Part shown: in pieces, positions 23,641 through 34,477 of the stretch
How the letters are laid out: each line of letters begins with the position of its first letter
Numbering within the stretch: the stretch's first letter is position 1
Source of the DNA: an uncultured Nitrososphaeraceae archaeon
GTDB lineage: Archaea; Thermoproteota; Nitrososphaeria; Nitrososphaerales; Nitrososphaeraceae
DNA: 64,000 bases
Reading direction: 5' to 3'
Assembly (NCBI GenBank): GCA_963825865.1
Contig: CAWGVG010000010.1
Location: forward strand, 31,683 to 95,682
The notes under the pieces: generated by a model
Database searches by the model: none
The model's input: the letters and a program-made list of their open reading frames with translations, nothing else
Told to the model about the DNA's origin: nothing
Program-made: the position numbers and the translations under genes

Positions 23641-23710
23641 ATTATACTAGATAAGTCAGCATAAACTTCCTTAAGTCAAATATATAGATGACATTGTAAT
23701 GCTTGTGACA
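23641..23710 (+). promoter_or_regulatory. Orphan copy of a repeated promoter-like module
   Basis: ttatactaRataagtc...aagtcaaatatatagatgacattgtaatgcttgtgac is shared with ~28581..28661, ~30369..30460 and ~31215..31290. Confidence 0.7.
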
Positions 23711-23881
23711 CTTGTTATAATTCCTTCCTGACTTGAGCACGATTTACTAGCAAAGGATAAAATGAATATGATACATCAGGGTTGATAAAAAAATTATAGT
23801 AGTAGATACGAAAATTTCTTACTATCATCTGTCTTTATTATTGCCATCGCGATAATTTTTTATGTTTTTCAAAATCAGATA

Positions 23882-24223
23882 TTATATGGGAAATTTGAGT
23901 GTGGACTTCTCGATTTTTATGATAGGAACGTATAACGATTGGGTGTCGGTACCGATACTATCGACAAAACTGAATTCGCCACTCAGTCGCTTTAACTCAA
24001 TGAATTTCTTGCTTGGTTTTTCATTCTGTACAATGTAATTGATGATAATGCCTCCGCCTGCTCCAGTCAGGATGAATAGGATCTGTTGATTATTGTAGTT
24101 GATATAGTACAGCATTGGAGTTAAGCCCAGTGCCGATTGAGCAGAGTATACTATCACTTTGAGCAGGTCTTCTAAGGTTTCATACTTTAGGTAGGTTGTA
24201 AACCTCCCTTCGCTTTGTGACAT
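23882..24223 (-). CDS. Hypothetical protein, archaeal conserved-type
   Basis: Intact 113-aa globular-looking ORF. Confidence 0.7.
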   Translation of the reverse strand: MSQSEGRFTTYLKYETLEDLLKVIVYSAQSALGLTPMLYYINYNNQQILFILTGAGGGIIINYIVQNEKPSKKFIELKRLSGEFSFVDSIGTDTQSLYVPIIKIEKSTLKFPI

Positions 24224-24359
24224 ATGGAATTGTCAGGATATATCTATATCAATATAATCTTAGTGTTGTCCACTTTTTAGCTAATAATTCGGCATTGGAT
24301 ACAGTAAGTTAGTATATCAACATATAAAGCAACTGATATCGATTAAATTATCTTTTAAA

Positions 24360-24733
24360 CCTCGCGGGGTAGATATTAACAGAAATTATGATTTTCTTTG
24401 GGATAGTGGCATTGGTACTAGTATATTCATAAAAAAGATTTAGAATGGTATCAATCTACAGGTAAAAGAATTAGAAATGCTATAGCATCAGTACGTGGAA
24501 GAGTCTATGAAGCAGAGCCAGGTATGGGTCTTTATCCTACATCTGGAACATGCGATGATTTTGTGTATACTCTAAGATATAATGGTGCTAATAGAAACAT
24601 AAATGGATTTACCATAGAAGAAGGTACTAGGTTCCAGCCGGATTATTCAGAAGCAACAAATATTATGTCCGAATTATCTGCAGGTCTGGTTGAAAGCTGC
24701 TTGGTACATGTACTGGATGATACTACGCCATAA
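24360..24733 (+). pseudogene. M14 zinc carboxypeptidase remnant
   Basis: RGVDINRNYDFLWDSGIGTS at ~24365, internal deletion, then LYPTSGTCDDF...GFTIE.G..FQP. Confidence 0.7.
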
Positions 24734-24839
24734 ATTATTCTAAATCGGCTTTGTAAAAGAAGCTGGTTTAGAGATCATTTACAAGGAAATAGCTAAAAAA
24801 GCATGCTCTGATATGATTCACTCATCCTTTAGGCCTATC

Positions 24840-25891
24840 TTTTTTTACCACTCCTATGGCATCCTTTAGCATTTCCTCATAAATCGACATTGCCGCGAGT
24901 GTTCCACTTGCTGCCTGCCAATACAATATAATGCCTATCTGTATCTATATCACCAGCAGCATACACATTGGGTACTGTTGTTTGCTGGGTTGCATTTACC
25001 TTAACATAACCTTCATCAAGTTCACACCCAAGTTGTTCTGCAATTTTATTTTGAATTTTATGCTCTAGGTGGTAAAATATGACATCTGCATCAAAAGTTC
25101 TTTTACTCTTAGAAATGACTCCTTTGATAAGTCCTTTTCCGTTGCCAATAATTTCTGTCACATCATCATTTTCAATTACCTCAATACCCAAGGTGTTGAC
25201 TTCAGTCCTTTCCTTATCTGTCAACTCTCCTGGTATAAAGAGTTGGATATTTTTGGTCCACCCCAAGAATTCTTTTGCATAGCGTATGGCCTCTTCATTC
25301 TTTCCCGGATGTAATTATTGCCAGTTTCTTGTTAATAGTTTGAAAGCCATCGCAATGAGGGCAATGCCATGCTCCGTCTCCATCAAACCTTTCAAAATTT
25401 TTTATATTGGGTTTAACATCCTCTATTCCAGTTGCGATTATAATGTACTTTGCTTTGACTGGTGTTCTTCTGGCTCCTCCTCCTCCTCCATCTCCTGCTG
25501 TCCTCAATAAAAAAAGTTGATCACTTCTCTCAACTGTTTCAACTCTTTCCTTTACCAACTTAATTGAATCATATTGACGCACGTCATTCCAAGCCTTTTG
25601 AATGAATTCTTTTGGTGAAGTATTTTCAAATCCTAGATATCCATGGACTTGTTTGGTCGTAGAGTTTCTTGTTTTTCCCGCGTCAAAAATTACAGTGGGA
25701 CGAAGATACCTACCAAGCAACAATGCTGCAGATAAGCCCGCAAATCCTGCTCCCACAATTGCCACATCAAAAATGTTATTTTGATTGTCTTCATTCTCTT
25801 TTCTTTTTTCATCTATTATGTTATTATTATTAATATGATTTGTTTTTATTACATTACTTGTAGTAATAGATGAATCTTTTTTTCCTTCCAT
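24840..25891 (-). CDS. Thioredoxin-reductase-like NAD(P)/FAD oxidoreductase (apparent indels)
   Basis: VGAGFAGLSAA, IIATG, WHCPHCDG and VYAAGD motifs in ORFs 25295..25930 and 24877..25266. Confidence 0.88.
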
Positions 25892-26412
25892 ATTTAAGAT
25901 TACGCTATAAATGATTATGCAATATGACATATAATAGATCAGAGAAAGAATGTGTGCGTGTCTGTTAGGTAGCTTTAATTAGAAAAAATTTAAGATTATA
26001 GTCATCATATTATTATATTAGAAGTCACCACCTTGTTATAGAATAGTATTATTTATTTAGCATAAATATTAATGAATACAATATGTTTATAGCTTAGCTT
26101 GTTTTATTGATAGCAAATGTTAACAACAGCTAACGTTAGTCACCATCTTGAAAAATATATCAAAACCATTAATACGATGAATAAAGCTACTGCTAAAGTA
26201 TATAATTTTAGACGCACATCAACACCTTATGATTTGTAAAGAGCACTGTTTATAGATACACAATTTTAACAGACATTCTAGCATATACGCTTAATGTTAA
26301 GGCTAAGATAATGACATCATGATGATGATGATGATGATGATGATGCTTTTTTAGCACTTTGCGAAACATTTAACCTACTGTTTTTATTCGTATTCTTTAA
26401 TAGCGCTACTAC

Positions 26413-27579
26413 TAAGTGAAGTGTCTGAATTTATGTCGTTATTTGTTCATTACATAACCTAGATTTGGAAATAGTTAAAGCTTAGTAAATGAGATATTTT
26501 CATTCTGTGAATCATCCTTTCAAACTCAAACTTACCATAGGACAGAGGAACAAATTAAAGTCATTTATGAAGAATACGGGTAACAAAAAAGAATACCGCA
26601 GGCTACTGGCTATACTCCAAAAAGCTGAAGGTAGAACTTACGAAGACATAGCAAATGAACACGGAGTCAGCAGCAGGTCTGTACAGAGATGGGTTGCTGC
26701 CTATATCCAAAGTGGGATAGATAGAATAAAGATGAAGAAACCTGGCGGAACAAAATCTGGCATAACAGATGAAAACAGAGAGATTATTCTATCAGCATTA
26801 TTTAACGACCCGCACATCTTTGGTTATCTTAGAAATACATGGAGTCTGAGATCACTTGCAAACTGTCTGACAAATGAGCTAGGAATCCCAATCAGCTTCA
26901 AGCACCTGCAGAGAATAACAAAAGATTTAGGAGTTAGGTGCAAAAGACCAAAACTGGAACTGCTACATGGAGGAAAGGATTATGAAGAGGGAAAAGAGAA
27001 AGTGCAAAACTACAAACAGATAGCTTCAGCTCTGAAAAAAAGGGAGTTGTAGTAGCATTTGAAGATGAGACTATTATAACACAGAAACCTTGTATTCGAA
27101 AATCCATGAGTTTTGAAGGTGAGCAACAAAGGATAGAACATACTGGTAGTAGAAAGAAGTTCTCTGCATACATATCCATGGTATGGCCTGAAGAGAAATT
27201 AATGACGTATGATTTCTATGATAAAATGGATTCTACGAATACTATCGACCATCTAGAGAATCTCAAGACAAACATTATGAAAAATGATTGGTGGAAAAGA
27301 CTGGTACTCATATGGGATAACGCTTCATATCATGTAAGCCTAATGGTACGGAATTATATCAATGCACAGAGAAAGAAGACTGGCTGACCATAATCCACCT
27401 TCCAAAGAAAGCACCATACCTAAATCCGAATGAAAGGAAAGTAAACCAGCAAATAAAGTCAGATGTATGTGCGAATAGATTCTATGAACATATGGAAGAC
27501 CAGAAAGCTGCAGTATCAGAATATTTGGACAAACGATTTGGAAGATGGTATGACGACATTAGTTATGACACTTGACTTA
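26413..27579 (+). mobile_element. Complete IS630-family insertion sequence
   Basis: Imperfect 27-bp TIRs including the terminal TA: TAAGTGAAGTGTCTGAATTTATGTCGT versus reverse-complement TAAGTCAAGTGTCATAACTAATGTCGT. Encloses HTH and DDE ORFs. Confidence 0.92.
26489..27575 (+). CDS. IS630 transposase; HTH orfA and DDE orfB joined at an AAAAAAAGGG slippery site
   Basis: orfA has HTH and WS motifs. orfB has AFEDET, LIWDNASYH and LPKKAPYLNPNE. Extra indel near 27370. Confidence 0.9.
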
Positions 27580-27590
27580 TCACTACTACA

Positions 27591-28218
27591 TTAATCCAAC
27601 TCTGCCGATAATCTTTTAACCAAATATTCTATTGAAACTGGCTTTTTGATAAAACATCCTAAACTTACATTTGGATATACCTCTCTTAACGCCTCAATAT
27701 TAGATTCTCCTGCAGTCATAAAGCAAACTCTAACGTTGACATCTAACTCTGATATCTTTTGACAAAACTCAAGGCCATTGATATCAGGCATGTTAATATC
27801 AATTAGCAATAGATCGTAAAAGTTTGGTTTGAATTCTGATAATGCTACTAAAGGGTTATTGTATGTGTATACTTGAAATCTTATTTTGTTTTCATTATCG
27901 TCCTCATAACCTTCATAATACGTTTCTAAACCTAACTTGTAGGTAAAAGTGGTATCATCATTATCATCTACAATAAGGATTCTTTTGTAAAGTGGCTCCT
28001 TTGCTGTTTTTATATCGATAGTATTTGATTCGTGATTTTGTAGAGGAGGACGAACAGAAGAGGGGGTGAAAGATTGAGAATGGTAGTGCTGATTATTCTT
28101 ATGATTATTATGAGAATCATAAAAATTGTCATTATCTGAGATTGCAGAATAATAACAATCCTTTTTACCTTGTATGGTAGTTGTGCATAGATTAGTTAAT
28201 AATTGCCATCATCCCCAT
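27591..28218 (-). CDS. Response regulator receiver protein with low-complexity N-terminus
   Basis: Frame stays open upstream of the 72-aa ORF: KRILIVDDNDD...DLLLIDINMP...FMTA...IKKP. Confidence 0.85.
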
Positions 28219-28580
28219 ATTATTTTCCATATTTTACTACTCTAAGCCAACATATATCAACTTATGTAAAGTTATAATGGCAAAGCAACAATAAATTCAC
28301 CAATAATCTTAGACCATTCTATTTTAAAGACATATTTTTCGATAATTTTGAATTCATGAAAAAATCATCGCATAAATTATTACTTAATTATTTAGCATAA
28401 TTATTATCGATCTATATAGAGAGATTATTTGATATAACAAACAACGATTTGTGTACATACCTTTTCAGAAAATTGTATTACTATTAATAGATATATAAAT
28501 AAGTTCTAATAGTTTGGTAACATTAATAATTATATCAAACAATTTAGCAGCAAATTACTTTACAGAAATCAGGTACTAGA

Positions 28581-28661
28581 TTATACTAAATAAGTCTGTA
28601 ATAACAAACAGTAATAACTTGCACAAGTCAAATATATAGACGACATTGTAATGCTTGTGAC
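28581..28661 (+). promoter_or_regulatory. Repeated promoter-like module with TATA-like AAATATATAG
   Basis: Lies directly upstream of ATG AAC AAC; same arrangement at two paralogues. Confidence 0.7.
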
Positions 28662-28670
28662 GAAATCTAA

Positions 28671-28997
28671 ATGAACAACACAAAATCACTAGCAATAGTT
28701 GCTGTCTTAATAGCGGCAACATTAGTAGTAGGAGTAACGTTCGCAGCGACAACACCAACAGCATCAGCAGCATATGGTCATAAGAAAGGAGACAAGAGAG
28801 ATGACAAGAGAGATGCTAATGGTAACACAATTACCGCTCAGATAAATGCACAAAAAGGGTATGTAAGCGGATTTGATAACACACTAGAACAAGAAGCACA
28901 AAACGTGATATGTACACATCCAGGCAGCAATGCAACCTGTGTAAGTGAAGGCAGCGAATCTACTGCAACTGACACAACTGACAACGGCGGAGAATAG
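28671..28997 (+). CDS. Small secreted protein, MNNTK family paralogue 1
   Basis: Signal peptide; GNT.T.Q...Q.G.VSGFDNT.EQE.QNVICTHP shared with the gene at 30469. Confidence 0.8.
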   Translation: MNNTKSLAIVAVLIAATLVVGVTFAATTPTASAAYGHKKGDKRDDKRDANGNTITAQINAQKGYVSGFDNTLEQEAQNVICTHPGSNATCVSEGSESTATDTTDNGGE

Positions 28998-29175
28998 AAT
29001 AGCAGCTGTAGCTGTTACTATGTGGTAAGGTAGTTACTTTACCTTTTTTTCTTTTTTTGCAATAATGTTATAATTAAATAATTCTCCTTGATGACATGGT
29101 CATGATTTATGTATGTGGTGTAATATCACAGAGACATTTTTTACAAAAAATCGATTTTTGAATACTGTAATATAT

Positions 29176-29589
29176 TTAACCCTTAATTATCCCAAGAGTA
29201 AATCCCATTGCTGTACTACCGGTTAATGGAATACCAAGATTTGCCATTGTAGATGTTATTGGTAAGATATGAGTAGCAGCTGCAGTTACAGTTGAATTAT
29301 TGCCTAAAATAGATTGAATTGGCCCCACTCCTCCACCTGTAGTAGTTGTCGCATTTGTTGTTGTTGTAATCGTTGATAAAACACTATTTGATATTATTTG
29401 CAGCTTATCCCAGTTTACATTCAGTATATGCTGAGATTCCAAATACATAAGGGCAGCAAAAAACACTCCTGCTATTACAGCTAGTATTTTCATTATCCGT
29501 TTTAAAGCAAAGCCAACCAAGAAACCTGCTATACCACCAAAACCAATAGTACTGACAAATGGCATGATATTACTCTCAATGCCGCTCAT
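29176..29589 (-). CDS. FUN14-family membrane protein
   Basis: IGFGGIAGFLVGFALKR.MK...YL....ILNVNWDKL and terminal GFTLG. Confidence 0.85.
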   Translation of the reverse strand: MSGIESNIMPFVSTIGFGGIAGFLVGFALKRIMKILAVIAGVFFAALMYLESQHILNVNWDKLQIISNSVLSTITTTTNATTTTGGGVGPIQSILGNNSTVTAAATHILPITSTMANLGIPLTGSTAMGFTLGIIKG

Positions 29590-29593
29590 TTTT

Positions 29594-29812
29594 CTATTTC
29601 CTCCTACTTTTGGTTGCTTTGTTGTAATTGTCGTTGTTGTCTATGTCTTTACTACTATTACCAAGGTATCTTTCAATTGCCCTCCGAATATACCTGCTCC
29701 TAGGAATATCGCCACGCTTTTGGTCGATTTTCTGTATTATTGATTTAGGTAAAGTGATTCCTAGCTTTACAGTCATATCAATCGTAGCAGCAGCAATCGT
29801 ACTACTTGTCAT
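29594..29812 (-). CDS. CopG/RHH transcriptional regulator
   Basis: VKLGITLPKSIIQKIDQKRGDIPRSRYIRRAIERYL. Confidence 0.85.
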   Translation of the reverse strand: MTSSTIAAATIDMTVKLGITLPKSIIQKIDQKRGDIPRSRYIRRAIERYLGNSSKDIDNNDNYNKATKSRRK

Positions 29813-29814
29813 AC

Positions 29815-29829
29815 TAGTACAATGTACTA
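29815..29829. promoter_or_regulatory. Perfect palindrome TAGTACA-A-TGTACTA, candidate RHH operator
   Basis: Lies 2 bp upstream of the probable RHH start codon. Confidence 0.55.
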
Positions 29830-30368
29830 CACACATAGCTAAAAGGTTTTCGATAGCAGATTGTTTAAGATTATTATGGTATTATATTGCGTATATTGAT
29901 TAACTTTTTTTTCTGTATGTATTAGAACAATATATCTATTAAATTAAAATACACAATTGCTAATCAGAATCACATATTCAAGTAGAATAGCTATTTTCTA
30001 AAATTACAATCTTTACACTTTATTACAAGTGCTAACCGATTGTCATAAAACACCAATAATAGCTAAATGAATAACCTCACTTGATTTTATATAACGCATA
30101 TAGCTAAAATATTTTCGACAGCAGATTGTACTAAATTATTATAGTAGTATATGATGTAATTAGATTATCAATAGATATATTGAAAGATAGTATGCTTTTC
30201 CTTTTATTTCGTAATATCCAATAATAGATAAATAGATAGTTATCACCGATTACTGGCTATAAACAGTAAAAATATCCAGTAATAGATAATAGCCAATATA
30301 CTATTAATTAGAGAATATAACTGATAATAGACAACTGAGTTTTTTACTTAGTTTGATATCGTCAATAG

Positions 30369-30460
30369 TTATACTAAATAAGTCAGCATTAAATCATATT
30401 AAATAAATCATAATTAACTTACTCAAGTCAAATATATAGAATAATTGTAATGCTTGATAA
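30369..30460 (+). promoter_or_regulatory. Repeated promoter-like module
   Basis: ttatactaaataagtcagc...aacttactcaagtcaaatatatagaataattgtaatgcttg. Confidence 0.7.
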
Positions 30461-30468
30461 CGAGTATT

Positions 30469-31111
30469 ATGAACAACACGAAAACTCTAACAGCAATAGC
30501 TGCTATATTAATAGCGGCAACATTAGTAGTAGGAGGAACATTAGCATCATCAACAACAACAGCATTTGCTTATAAACAAAAGAAAGGAGGGTCACAAGAA
30601 AATAATAAAGATGGTAACACAGTTACCGTCCAGAAATGCAAACAAATAGGGTCAGTAAGTGGATTTGATAACACAGCAGAACAAGAATGTCAAAACGTGA
30701 TATGTACTCATCCAAGCGAGCGGTGCAACCTGTGTAAGTGAGCCAGGTCAAGCAACACCACCAGCTACGGCAACCTTATTAGTCAAAAAAGTCGTAAAAT
30801 GTCTACAAGATACAATAACAACAGATGGCTGTCAGAACCAAAAGTTCAAAATAACAGTAACAGATACCAATCCTGACCCATCTTCATTCGATCTTGGAAA
30901 TGGCGGCACTCAACTTGTGACATTAGATGCGGGTATCTTACACAGTAAGTGAACCTGAACATGCAGGCTTTAATGTTACTTTCTCTGGTGATTGCAACGC
31001 AACTGGCGAGGTACCATAGCTGCAGGCGTACACCAGACATGTACTATTACAAACACAGAACATACAATGTGTGCGTTTGTGTTAGTGCAACACCAAAAAG
31101 AAATCAACTTA
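30469..31111 (+). CDS. Secreted MNNTK-family paralogue 2 with added beta-sandwich (prealbumin/Cna-B-like) domain; several indels, end approximate
   Basis: Shared N-domain, then across frames ATLLVKKVV...ITVTDTNPDPSSFDL..GGTQLVTLDAG.YTVSE...VTFSGDC...CTITNT. Confidence 0.7.
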
Positions 31112-31307
31112 ACCTGCCAACATCCTTTTTTTTATTTTTTAAGATTCAATCGGTAATAATTAATACTATTATCAATCGGTAAGTGAATACTTCACTAAAT
31201 TTATATCGTCAATAGTTATACAAAATAATTTAGTAGTACATCATATTAAATAAATCAGCATTAACTTACTCAAGACAAATATACAGATGATATCATATTA
31301 AGAAAAT

Positions 31308-31678
31308 ATGAACAACATAACTACAAAAAATCTAGCTGTAGCTGCTGTCGTAGGCAGCAATACTAGTAATGGGAGGAACATTTGTAGCACTACAACCTGC
31401 AAATGCTATCGATGAAGTATACTCTCATTCTACCACAACAATATGTATAGATGATACACCGTGTGTCACAAAAATTTGTATAAATGACGAACCATGTCAT
31501 AATGCTGTCACATCAAATCCTACAAATACAGGCCATAATGCTGTCACATCAAATCCTACAAATACAGGCCATAATGCTGTCACATCAAATCCTACAAAAT
31601 ACAGGCCATAATTTAACTAATAATAATAATAAGGAAGGTCATACCTTATTTTCACTTTTTCCTCAAGAAAACAAATAA
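31308..31678 (+). CDS. Small secreted Cys-containing protein with related leader (frameshifted)
   Basis: MNNITTKNLAVAAVV leader, TTTICIDDTPCVTKICINDEPC and the same upstream module. Confidence 0.6.
31498..31612 (+). repeat. 36-bp tandem repeat x3 encoding HNAVTSNPTNTG
   Basis: cataatgctgtcacatcaaatcctacaaatacaggc repeated; third unit has one extra A. Confidence 0.9.
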
Positions 31679-31974
31679 TTGATATCGGATAAATAAGTAA
31701 TGAGGTTAATTGTTCTATGCGCTTTGCATTGCATGTGTGTTATTAATGGAATATATACAAATGGAGCTCCTCTTATTTTTTATTAACCTTGTGGCGTAGA
31801 ATCTGTCAATATAGATAATATCCTAGAAAAAGAGAATTTATAAAAAGCCTCAGTTTTTTTGTCTGGATTACCATCAAGTTGCTACTGCTTTGTAGCTACT
31901 ACTAGTGATGTGATTCCAAAACTAATATATCAATAATGAGAATGTTATAATGTAATATTGTTATGTTACCAGTT

Positions 31975-32843
31975 ACTAGTAACTTACATTCGTATCATTC
32001 TAATTTTCCCTCTGTCAATGGCCTTATAGGGACCTGGTCCTTTCTTACTTTGAGTTTATCGAATATGTCTGTGCAGATTGAGGAGATTGCTCCTCTGTTA
32101 TTTCTAGACCCAATTCGTTCTTTATCACATCCTTTCCTTCCCTTGCACCAATTAGTATTATCTGTGCATTCTGATAGTCTATGAATTTTGTATCCTTAGC
32201 AAGAGATACAAAGTTCTCAGTCTCATTAAATTCCTTTAGCACCTCCTGTGGATATTTTGGCGGTTCCTCTGTGCTTGGATAACCTGTTGGGGCTGGCCTT
32301 TTAGGATTAATAACTGAAATAATATAACTTGCTTCCTTTTCGATACCTAGTTCTTTTTGAGCTTCACCAGGTTGTTCTGGCATTTCTAAAATATATGCAA
32401 GTTCTGCATGGTTTTGATGTCTTACTATGGCATATTTTCCTTCACCGACTGGTCTAGCTGCATCACCTTTTCTAAATTCATCTGACAAGAGACTCTTTTG
32501 TGAGCTCATTAGGATCATTAAAAATACCACCTACTCTAGCCCAATACCGCTCAGACGCTCTGGCCTCACTCTTTCTGATCTCGGGGAGTGATTTTTTACC
32601 TATAACAAATAGCCTATAAAACTGATTTTTATCACCACTCTCTTTAGTATTTTCTGATTTTTCAGGGGCAGTAACCATAAAAAAGCGCCTAACATCCTCA
32701 ATGCCCTTTACCTCATCCGCACCTTTCTTGGGCCTATAAAAGAAATAGATATCACCTTGTTCTAGAATTTCAGGTTTAGTATTATCACCATTATTATTAT
32801 TAGCATTCATTTGATTTTCTTGTTGTCTTTGTTGTTGGCTCAT
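31975..32843 (-). CDS. Conserved hypothetical protein (apparent indels near 32500 and 32070)
   Basis: ILEQGDIYFFYRPK...RLFVIGKKSLP...ARPVGEGKY...LAYILEMP...SYIISVINP in two overlapping ORFs. Confidence 0.75.
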
Positions 32844-32869
32844 AATTAAATTCTCCCTCTCTTTCTTTT

Positions 32870-33139
32870 TTAATTTATTAAAAGTGACAAATTACATTCT
32901 TGACAAAAGTAGCAGAGCCCATTAAAATCAGATGATAATGACATTATATCATAACAGCGAGGACATTCAATTTCCTGTTCTAGATCTTGTAGCATTTTCT
33001 TTTCTCCATTGTTATCCTCAGTTTCTTTCTCATATTGCAAAGGATTAGGATCGAGTCGCTGTTGTTGTCGTTGTTGTGTTGCTGTTGCTGATGATGCTGC
33101 AATAGCAATTTCTTGCTCCTCATTTTTTTGGACTAGCAT
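32870..33139 (-). CDS. Small Zn-ribbon protein
   Basis: IECPRCYDIM...YFCQECNL. Confidence 0.65.
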   Translation of the reverse strand: MLVQKNEEQEIAIAASSATATQQRQQQRLDPNPLQYEKETEDNNGEKKMLQDLEQEIECPRCYDIMSLSSDFNGLCYFCQECNLSLLIN

Positions 33140-33320
33140 TGATTAGATTGAGTTGCTATTATATCCTGAATCACCATAAGGGGAGGGAGTCTCTATTTGT
33201 ATTGTACCTAATTGAAATGGTATATTACGATCAATGTACCTCTCTCTCCCTGTCCCCAAGTAGCTTTCCTAGTTATATGCAAGACAAAGCCAATGCAATA
33301 TCAAGAGGTCAGATAAAATC

Positions 33321-34429
33321 ATGTCTCATGTCAGTGAATTGCGACTAGAGGACCTACCTGATGTTGAACCATATTTGATAAATAAACTAAAAAGAGCTGG
33401 AATACAATCAGTTTTAGACCTAGCCGCATCAATCCCCATCGAACTTGCAGGAGGAGGAGATTATATCGATGATGACAACTCAGCAATTACAGCTGACATA
33501 GAGACAATATCACAACTTGTAGGTAAGGCCAAAAAAGCCCTTATAGATTCTGGCTCACTTAACAAGGAGTTTTGCACAGCTGAAGAGTTCCTTGAAAGGA
33601 GAAATAATCTTGTCAGATTTACAACAGGATCTGTAAACCTGGATGCATTCTTGAAAGGTGGAATAGAATCCCAAGCAATTACAGAGATTGCAGGGGAATT
33701 TGGTTCAGGAAAAAGTCAGTTATGTCATACTTTATGCGTTACTGCTCGGCTAATAATAATAAAGAGAAAAGAGGAAAACTGGGACGAGGAGGAGGAACAG
33801 TAGCAGGAGACCTTAGCAGAAAAAACTAATAATAATATAATATTCATAGATACAGAAAACACTTTCAGACCAGAGAGAATTCACCAGATAGCAGAAGGCA
33901 GAGGACTCGAGCCAGAGGAAATAATGAAAAGAGTGTTTGTATGCAAAATATACAATAGCGCTCACCTTGAAGCTATAATAAAAAATCTTGGCAAATCTAT
34001 AGAACATTACAAAGCCAAGCTTGTTATCATTGATAGCATTATCTCGCTTCACAGAGCAGAATTTCCAGGAAGGGAGACCCTGGCTGAAAGACAGCAGAGG
34101 CTCAATGTTATGTTACATAGACTGATAAGGCTAGCAGAAATTTACAATGTCGCAGTAGTTCTTACAAATCAAGTTCAGTCACAACCAGATAATTTTTTTG
34201 GCGGTATTGGTGGTGGTGGAAGCGATCCAACGTGTGCAGCTGGAGGTAATATTATGGGACACGCCTCTACATACAGGATTTTTCTAAGAAAAGCAGGTCA
34301 TGACAGAATAGCAATAATGCTTGATTCGCCACACCACGCATACGGTCAAAACTAAGTTTACAATTAGTGAAAAAGGAGTACAAGGATACTAGAGGAGGAG
34401 GAGAAAGCAAGATCAGGGAACAGCAGTAA
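33321..34429 (+). CDS. radA: RadA/Rad51-family recombinase paralogue with N-terminal HhH domain (apparent indels near 33750 and 34350)
   Basis: LEDLPDV HhH, TTGS..LD..L.GG, Walker [22 protein letters not shown], Walker [30 protein letters not shown]. Confidence 0.9.
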
Positions 34430-34477
34430 CAAATACAGTGAGTCTGGCTGGTAGGTAGGAGGTAGTAGCATAGCAAC

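Noticed and set aside
33178-33257. Imperfect inverted repeat (ggggagggag / ctccctgtcccc) upstream of radA as a damage-response operator
   Set aside because: Low-complexity purine/pyrimidine tracts, and no second copy seen before the other cassette genes.
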